Source: a bacterium (GTDB lineage Bacteria > RBG-13-61-14 > DATKZS01). Taken from it: DNA of 64,000 nt. The translations under genes were made by a program, and so were the position numbers. The notes beneath the pieces are model-generated. The model was not told the origin of the DNA. It worked only from the letters and a program-made list of their open reading frames with translations, and did not search any database. Numbering within the stretch: the first letter of the stretch is position 1; every line of letters begins with the position of its first letter. Shown in pieces: positions 57,296 to 64,000 of the stretch. The stretch covers positions 576,001-640,000 of the forward strand of contig CAXXFL010000007.1 of the NCBI GenBank assembly GCA_963674965.2, written 5' to 3'.

Positions 57296-58151
57296 CTCAT
57301 CACCATGTTCTTCCGATGGCGGCGCATAGGGTTTACCAAAACCGCTTGCGTCCCGCCCCGCGGTACGGGTACCTCCAGGCGCCGCTAGGCCGCAGGGTAA
57401 CCCGTCCGGTTTCAAAGAAACCGCGCGGATCCCGCAAAGCGGGATGGGTACTCCGGCCTCGCCCTCCCAACCCGCTTCCTTGTCAAATGATACCACCTTA
57501 CGCTCGATTAACGCCAATCGTGGGGAAGAGACGGTGAGGGGCCGTGGAGGGGGATGAGAAATGATCATGATTATACGGACTATTGGAGTTGTTTTTTTAC
57601 ATTTGATTCAGAAGCTCATTAAACTTTTCTTTAGCATTATTGAACCGTTCATAAGAACCGCCAAAAAGGCCCGCTTTTAGTGGGGGCCATTCATCTTTTA
57701 ACTCATCGGCCTCTGTTGCGATTTGTACTCTAAACCATGATTCAGTCAATTGCTTTCCTCTTATGAAACTTCCTATTGGAAAATATTTTGGCTCTTGCGC
57801 TTGAATTCTTGAATCTGCATGAATAAGCGCGTAAAGATATTCAAATCTGTCAAAGATATTTTGGAATTCCAATTCAGACGCAAAGAGTTCTCTGAACTCA
57901 CCGAGAAGAAGATTGTAGAGGTGATCATTCAGTGGAGTTACTGCGTTGTTTGATTCTGGAATTAGCTTGCCTTTCATCACGCTCCATGTGTATATGAGCC
58001 TTGCGATTGGAATAATATGGCCATGCTTTTTTTCGCCTGCTTTAACAGTCAATGCGTGTAAAGTTTTATACTTATTCTTCGCTATTGCCCCCATGCCCCC
58101 TGAGTACAGTAGAAGCAATGCAGGGTATTTTGTAAGGTTTATTAAATCTTC

Positions 58152-59585
58152 CTGAACTTTAGAACTTTTTAGCCATGTTCCACCATGTAAAAATAGCGTT
58201 CACCAGTTTTTCCCGTATAATGAGAGGTGTGATCGGCCCTCATAACGCGGGAGTGAACGCTGATGAACGCTCAAGCTCTTATGTTGCCGCTGATGCTTGT
58301 ATTTGTCAACTGCTTCTCCAAGCCCGGGTTCGAGCACTTCCAGACCTTCATTATCGCCCACGCGGCGCTGTTCGGTCTCCAGCACTGCGTGACCGAGGTC
58401 ATGCGCCTCACCCAAGTCCACCGGGTCATGCACTGGACCACGCCCTACGCTTTCATGCGCAAGGGCCGGTGGTCCTGCCAAAAGGTGAGTCAATGCCTGC
58501 TCGACCTGGTGGCCCAACGACTCAAGATCATGGACGAGATCGTCGTCGCCGTCGACGACACCCTGGTCAAGAAATGGGGCAAGAAGTTCTTCGGTCTGGG
58601 CTATTACCCGGACCCGACGGACAAAAACCCCGGCCATCAAAAGCGCCGGGTGCTCGGCCACTGCTGGGTGGTGATGGCGCTTCTATGGGAGCGCGGGGGC
58701 AAGTGGTTCGCCTTCCCCCTCTCGGCGCTGCTCTTCGTCCAGGAAAAGTTTTGCCCCAAGGGATGGGAGTTCAAAACCAAGATCGAGTTGGCCGCCATGA
58801 TGATAAAAAGGTTCTCCTGGCCCGCTCGGAGACTGGTCCTGGTGGTGGACAACCTCTACGCCAAGGCCAAGTTGGCCGGTCTCGAGTTCGACGGCAAAGA
58901 GGTGGTCCTGATCAGCCGCCTCCGCTCGAACGCGGCGCTCTACGAACTCCCCAAAAGGAAGAATGGTCCGGGAAGGCCGCCCAAGCGCGGCAAGAAGTTC
59001 AGCCCCCAACAACTGTGGTTGAAAAGATCGAAGCGCGAAAAAATCAAGGCCAGGATTTACGGCAAGACCGTTACCATCGAGGCCTTCGTCGGGGTGATGG
59101 TCCCCAGCGCCACCCTCGGCGACAAGCCGATACTCGTCATCATTTTCCCCCGGCGCTCCGGCAAAAAAATGAACGTGTTTTTCACCACCGACGTCGAGAT
59201 GAAGCCGGAGCGGGCGCTGGAAACGTATTCGGGCCGCTGGAAGATCGAGGAGTTGTTCCGGGAGGTGAAGACGGCGGGCGGTTTCGGCGACTATCGCCAG
59301 AGGTCGTTCACGGCCATCAAGCGCCACGCCAACCTCTGCCTGGTCGCCTACGGCCTTTTGGGCCTGCTTGCCCTTTGCGTCCCGGAGGCGGAAAAGATCG
59401 AGGCCGAACCGTGGTGGGACCCGAGCGGCCCCCCAAGCGTCGGTCGGCTCCGACGCGCTTTCTACAAGGCTTTGCGAATTTCTCCCGCTTTCCATTCCGA
59501 CCCCAAACCAGAGGAAATTACGCCCCTCAAGGAGGCTGCTTAATGTCGATACGTGCAAACCAGACTAAAAAGTTCTAAAGTTCAG
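58152..59585 (+). mobile_element. Insertion sequence, IS701/IS4-like (1434 bp)
   Basis: Perfect 21-bp TIR CTGAACTTTAGAACTTTTTAG; 9-bp target duplication TAAATCTTC at 58143-58151 and 59586-59594. Confidence 0.92.
58263..59543 (+). CDS. DDE transposase
   Basis: VAVDDT, VVDNLY and YSGRWKIEELFREVK (YREK-like) motifs. Confidence 0.9.
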   Translation: MNAQALMLPLMLVFVNCFSKPGFEHFQTFIIAHAALFGLQHCVTEVMRLTQVHRVMHWTTPYAFMRKGRWSCQKVSQCLLDLVAQRLKIMDEIVVAVDDTLVKKWGKKFFGLGYYPDPTDKNPGHQKRRVLGHCWVVMALLWERGGKWFAFPLSALLFVQEKFCPKGWEFKTKIELAAMMIKRFSWPARRLVLVVDNLYAKAKLAGLEFDGKEVVLISRLRSNAALYELPKRKNGPGRPPKRGKKFSPQQLWLKRSKREKIKARIYGKTVTIEAFVGVMVPSATLGDKPILVIIFPRRSGKKMNVFFTTDVEMKPERALETYSGRWKIEELFREVKTAGGFGDYRQRSFTAIKRHANLCLVAYGLLGLLALCVPEAEKIEAEPWWDPSGPPSVGRLRRAFYKALRISPAFHSDPKPEEITPLKEAA

Positions 59586-59888
59586 TAAATCTTCATGTGC
59601 ATATATGTATTCGGGGGTATATGCTATTGCCTCCAAGGCTTTGACCCAAAGATCATCATGCTCGTCTTTGCCCCAATAACATCCATATAAAAACAATGAT
59701 CGAAGAGTTTCCGTGATGGCTTCATAGCGCTCTACTCTCTCTAAAAATTGAGAATCGGAGTAATCTTCATTAATTGGGAAATGTTCCACCGATATCTGTT
59801 GTCTGACTTTTTTTACCTCCCCTCTGTGCCAACGTAGATGAGACACTTCCCCTATGTTAAATTACTGTAGGGCGGGGGAGGTATTAGG

Positions 59889-60428
59889 ATGTATAGAGAG
59901 ATGGATGAAGACAGGAAGAAGGCAGGGATTGTTGGGGAGACGGAGGGAGCCCGTAGGGCGACCGGAGTCTCCCCAACCGGGACGGCCGAGCCGGAGGACA
60001 CTCCTGCCAAGCGGCCCGAGCGGGTGGGGGCGCCGATCATTCTTCCCGAGCCGGAGGTCCCGGAAAAGCCCGCCCGGCGGCGCTTCACCGCGGCTTACAA
60101 GCTCGCAATCCTCGGGAAGGCCGACGCCTGCTCGGGGCATGGCGAGGTCGGCGCCCTGCTGCGCCGGGAGGGCCTTTATTCGTCGCACCTGACGGCCTGG
60201 CGCAAGCAGCGGGACGAGGGGGCCTTGAAAGCGCTTTCGCCCGTAAAGCGGGGCCGCAAGCCCAAGGCCAAAAACCCGCTGGCCGATGAAGTGGCCCGCC
60301 TCGAGCGCGAGAACGGGAAGCTCCAAAAGCGGCTCGAACAGGCCGAGATGATAATCGACTTCCAAAAAAAAGTTGCCGATCTGCTGGGGATACCCCTGGC
60401 CAAGCCGCCCGGCGAAGAGAGCGAATGA
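59889..60428 (+). CDS. IS3-family OrfA
   Basis: RRRFTAAYKLAIL, LLRREGLYSSHLTAWRKQ HTH, C-terminal coiled coil. Confidence 0.88.
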   Translation: MYREMDEDRKKAGIVGETEGARRATGVSPTGTAEPEDTPAKRPERVGAPIILPEPEVPEKPARRRFTAAYKLAILGKADACSGHGEVGALLRREGLYSSHLTAWRKQRDEGALKALSPVKRGRKPKAKNPLADEVARLERENGKLQKRLEQAEMIIDFQKKVADLLGIPLAKPPGEESE

Positions 60429-61441
60429 TGGAATCGGCAAGCACGGCCGCTCCCCGGGTCGGCGCCAAGGCCGCCTGCGAGGCCCTGGGCCTGTCGCGAG
60501 CAACGTTTAATCGTCGCGCTAAAATTCCCTTCGGGCCTCCGCCGCCGAGGCGCGCGGCCAAGCCGGCAAGGTCGTTGAGCGAGGACGAGCGGCGCCGGGT
60601 GCTGGACGAACTCCACTCCGAGCGCTTTGCCGACAAGGCCCCCCGCGAGGTCTGGGCAACGCTCCTGGACGAGGGGACATGGCTGTGCTCGGTCCGCACC
60701 ATGTACCGCGTCCTCGACTCGGAAAAGGAAGTCCGGGAGCGGCGCAACCAACTCCGGCGTCCCCGATACAAAAAACCCGAGTTGCTGGCCGAGGCCCCCA
60801 ACCAGGTCTGGTCCTGGGACGTCACCAAACTCAAGGGACCGGCCAAATGGACCTGCTACCAACTCTACGTGATCATGGACATCTTCAGCCGCTGCGTGGT
60901 GGGATGGATGATCGCCGGACGCGAAAGCGCGGAGCTGGCCCGCCGCCTGATCGGGGACAGCATCCGAAAACAGGGGATCGAGCCGGGACAACTCACCATC
61001 CACGCCGACCGGGGGAGTTCGATGAAATCAAAGCCGGTGGCCTTCTTGATGGCCGACCTGGGCGTGACCAAGAGCCACTCGCGGCCCCACGTGTCCGACG
61101 ACAACCCCTACTCGGAAAGCCAGTTCAAGACCATGAAGTACCGGCCCGAGTTCCCGAGCCGGTTCGGCTCCATCGAGGACGCCAGGGCCTTTTGCGTGAA
61201 GTTTTTCGATTGGTACAACCGCGAGCATCGGCACACCGGGATCGGCCTGATGACGCCCGAGATGGTCCATTACGGAATGGCGAGCGAGATCGTGGCCGCC
61301 AGGCAAAAAACGCTCGACCACGCCTATGAAAAAAAACCGGAGCGCTTCGTGAAAAGACCGCCGACGGCGCCGGAGTTGCCCGGCAAAGCGTGGATCAACC
61401 CACCGGCGAAACCGGAGGAAATAAACAGTTTGCCACACTAA
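60425..61441 (+). CDS. IS3-family OrfB (rve DDE)
   Basis: WSWDVT, HADRGSSM, DNPYSESQFKTMK; -1 frame relative to OrfA. Confidence 0.92.
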   Translation: MMESASTAAPRVGAKAACEALGLSRATFNRRAKIPFGPPPPRRAAKPARSLSEDERRRVLDELHSERFADKAPREVWATLLDEGTWLCSVRTMYRVLDSEKEVRERRNQLRRPRYKKPELLAEAPNQVWSWDVTKLKGPAKWTCYQLYVIMDIFSRCVVGWMIAGRESAELARRLIGDSIRKQGIEPGQLTIHADRGSSMKSKPVAFLMADLGVTKSHSRPHVSDDNPYSESQFKTMKYRPEFPSRFGSIEDARAFCVKFFDWYNREHRHTGIGLMTPEMVHYGMASEIVAARQKTLDHAYEKKPERFVKRPPTAPELPGKAWINPPAKPEEINSLPH

Positions 61442-62596
61442 ATTCAGGAAAGGCGTGTCTCATTTTGCTTGACACATTCCGCTCTTCCATAACCAAATCA
61501 TGGAGGCTGATGGAATGCTTTTCATCGGCCAGATATTTTTTAAGGCTTGCGACGGCAACTTTTTTGGACAGCGGGTGGGGCTTATCGATTTGATCAAGCG
61601 CCGAGACCTTTTCATATAGCTCGTGGAAGAATTCATCCGCGCCTTTGATTTTTATCGACTCCGCTCTCCGAAGTTTGATTAAATCTTCGGATTTTGCGTT
61701 AGGATTGCCCCTGATTGTCCAGAAGGTAGTATATCGATGGCTTTTACATCTGCTCATTGCGTCCCTTAGCGCGTAATCCCACTCGGCCGACCACCCACAG
61801 ACAATGAGGCCAAATTCATCGAAGATTCTATCCAGCAGCTCGTCAAGCTCCCGGTCGTACTCCTTTAGCTCATCAGGAGTGTTTTTGATACGTGAATCCA
61901 GGTAATCTCCGTGAACCTTTACAATGGTGCAATCCGAATGCATCAAGGGAGTAGCGCCCTTGATGGCGTCTATTGTCGATATCACGTCGGGTCTGATTCC
62001 CTCTTCTTGTAAAGCATCCTCCATCAGGCGGTCAAAGTTGGTTGTAACGATAACCTTGACAAAACCACCCGCGACCAATTTTGCCATGGCCACATGCGCG
62101 GGAGTGGGCATTTTCAAGCCCTGTTCCTTCTCTTCATCATTTGGCTCGAAATATTGTCTCAACAATTTCTGCCTTTCAATTTGAGATTTTGCAACGTCTC
62201 CAAGTAACTTTGAATAATCTGGCCCCTCTCCGAAAGTTCTTGTATACCAGGCCTCAGCGTCCGGTTCGGAGTCTTCTCCCTTCAAACGCGCCAGCTTTCT
62301 GGTTAGATCGAGCGTAATTTCCCAACCCGTTGATATGCGGGCGGACCTTGACACGCCCGAGCCTAAAAGCAAAGCGTAGACGCCCTTGTTCGAGTGCATC
62401 GAGAAGGCCAGTGATAAAACAGGGTCTATCATTCTATCCTCCAAAATCCATTGATACCAATAGAGATATTCCCATGGGTGCTTTTCATTTTCAAGTCGGC
62501 AAAGTCCCATCCCGCCTCATCGCCGACCCGCTCGCGAAGCTCGCCCACATAGCGAGCTACGTGGGATACTTATTACGTAAATTCAATTTAACTCGA

Positions 62597-63985
62597 TCAT
62601 TCAGGATTCACGCTCAAATCGGTTGGTTTAAACATCGGGTGGGCCTCGGTGTTGAAGACCACTTTGTCGAAGTCGAATTCCCCGGGGGGCGCGAAGAGGA
62701 GGTAGAAGTATTTCATGGTCTCGGCCAGGAAAAAACTCTCCATTTCGTCGAGTTGGTTTTTGGACCTTACGTCGGCCAGGGCCGCGTAGCCGGCTTCCGT
62801 CTTGCAGTGTCTTACGAGCCCGTTGAAGAACACCGAGCCCATGCGGCGGTACTCCTCGTCTCCGGTGTAGTGATAAAGGTAATAGGCCGACTCGATTATT
62901 TCCGGCCTGAGATGATAGGGTCCGTAAACCACCTTCATGCTTTTGTAGTTCATAATCTCGGGCTCGATCCCGTGGAGGACCCACATCCGGTAACAGGATT
63001 TTTCGAGGGCCGCGGCCCGGCCCAGGTCGCCGCCCAGGGCCAGAAGGCCGGGCAGGAAAGCCTCGAGGGCGCCGAAGGTGGTCAGGGTCCGCCGGCCCGA
63101 CTTCATGCCCCCTCGGCCGTACCAGAGCCCCTCCCCCGTCTCGTCGGCCAGGTGGGCGTTGACGCCGCCGATGCTCCGCTCCCACATGTCCATGAATTTA
63201 TCGTCCTCAAAGAGGATCGCGCTCTTGAGAAGGTATTCGTAATAGCTGTCGGTCCCGCCGCCGATCGAGGCGTCCCTCCCGATCCAGAGGCCGGTCTCGA
63301 CGTCGATCATCGATCCCACCAGCCCGATATCCGAGCTCCTCTTATATAGCTCGATCGCCGCCCGCTCGGCCTTCTCGTGGTAGATCGGATTTCCCGTCAG
63401 CCTGGACAGGGTACCGTATTCGAGAAGGTAGGTACCGATCTCCGCGGGGTTGCTGAAACGGCCCGAGGTCTTCCCCGTCTTGAGGTTGACGATCCGATAG
63501 GGCATGCCGGTGGGCGAGTCGAAGACCGGCAGCATACGGTCGGCCAAGTCCCGGGCCAGGGCCAGGAAGCGCTCGTCGCCGTCCATCTGATATGCCGAGA
63601 TCAGGCCGCCCAGGACCCTGATGGACACCTCGAAGTGCTGGACCTCCATGTCATGGTCAAAAGAGAGTGAGTCGAAAATCAGCGCCTTGGCCTCCGCCGC
63701 CTCCCGGTCAAGGCCCATGATGAGCATGGTGTCGTAAGCGTCCACCGGCGTCATCAGGAGAGGCGCCTTGTACCAGTCCCGATGGCCCCTGGAAAGCGGC
63801 CTAAGAGCGTCGTGGCCCCAGGCGTATCGCTTATAGCCGTTCCAGGCGTGGAGGAATTCCGCCCTGACCATCTCCTTGGTAACGGGGGTCTCATCGATGA
63901 ACAAGGCGGCTTCCGTGGAAGTATTATTTATTGACAGCAGGGAACAACCCGCGGCGAGTATTCCGGCCGCCAGCATGGCGGCCAT
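62597..63985 (-). CDS. GH47 alpha-1,2-mannosidase family lipoprotein (start may lie outside window)
   Basis: HAWNGYKRYAWGHD, FEVSIRVLGGL, DSYYEYLLK, LRPEIIES, ESFFLAETMKY, FNTEAHP. Confidence 0.92.
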   Translation of the reverse strand: MAAMLAAGILAAGCSLLSINNTSTEAALFIDETPVTKEMVRAEFLHAWNGYKRYAWGHDALRPLSRGHRDWYKAPLLMTPVDAYDTMLIMGLDREAAEAKALIFDSLSFDHDMEVQHFEVSIRVLGGLISAYQMDGDERFLALARDLADRMLPVFDSPTGMPYRIVNLKTGKTSGRFSNPAEIGTYLLEYGTLSRLTGNPIYHEKAERAAIELYKRSSDIGLVGSMIDVETGLWIGRDASIGGGTDSYYEYLLKSAILFEDDKFMDMWERSIGGVNAHLADETGEGLWYGRGGMKSGRRTLTTFGALEAFLPGLLALGGDLGRAAALEKSCYRMWVLHGIEPEIMNYKSMKVVYGPYHLRPEIIESAYYLYHYTGDEEYRRMGSVFFNGLVRHCKTEAGYAALADVRSKNQLDEMESFFLAETMKYFYLLFAPPGEFDFDKVVFNTEAHPMFKPTDLSVNPE

Positions 63986-64000
63986 TGCCGGTCCGACCGC

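Larger units (their letters stand above)
59820..61481 (+). mobile_element. IS3-family insertion sequence (about 1662 bp)
   Basis: Imperfect IRs TGTGCCAACGTAGATGAGACAC / GTGTCTCATTTTGCTTGACACA; probable 3-bp duplication CTC; boundaries chosen so the host frame is restored. Confidence 0.85.
57597..62432 (-). pseudogene. SIR2-like domain protein interrupted by two IS elements (about 575 aa reconstructed)
   Basis: LLLGSGVS, VTTNFD, KVHGDY, VCGWS motifs; segments 62432-61482, 59816-59586 and 58142-57597 join in frame; GGAGG RBS. Confidence 0.88.

Noticed and set aside
57296-57568. 91-aa N-terminal extension of the Nudix ORF
   Set aside because: The translation has no protein-like features and the DNA is dominated by hairpins; treated as non-coding.

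Overview
GC-rich bacterial chromosomal segment. Gene content and order (surE-pcm-yqaA-nlpD-apt, aldehyde ferredoxin oxidoreductase, PilZ response regulator, GC-CTERM-like surface protein) suggest an anaerobic deltaproteobacterium-like organism; this is inference only. Most of the window is core or envelope function: MlaF-like ATPases, PBP1A, BioD, AOR, a glycosyltransferase/TPR cluster, diadenylate cyclase, Slt, a gingipain-like C25 protease, flagellin, a histidine kinase, Nudix and GH47. Accessory material: (1) a stand-alone CI/Cro-like switch with overlapping promoters and an operator but no phage genes; (2) two copies of a 186-bp MITE/REP-like element; (3) a hicA gene next to a decapitated hicB; (4) an unannotated small ORF followed by a long stem-closed RNA whose G-U wobbles point to the minus strand; (5) an internally deleted class IIC group II intron whose 3' end supplies the stop codon of the convergent gene; (6) a RAYT/Y1 transposase with terminal inverted repeats beside an AT-rich island; (7) an AT-rich SIR2-domain candidate defence gene broken by two different IS elements, which reconstructs in frame to about 575 aa. 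The palindrome CTCGAG is strongly over-represented in the native DNA. No rRNA, tRNA or CRISPR array was seen.
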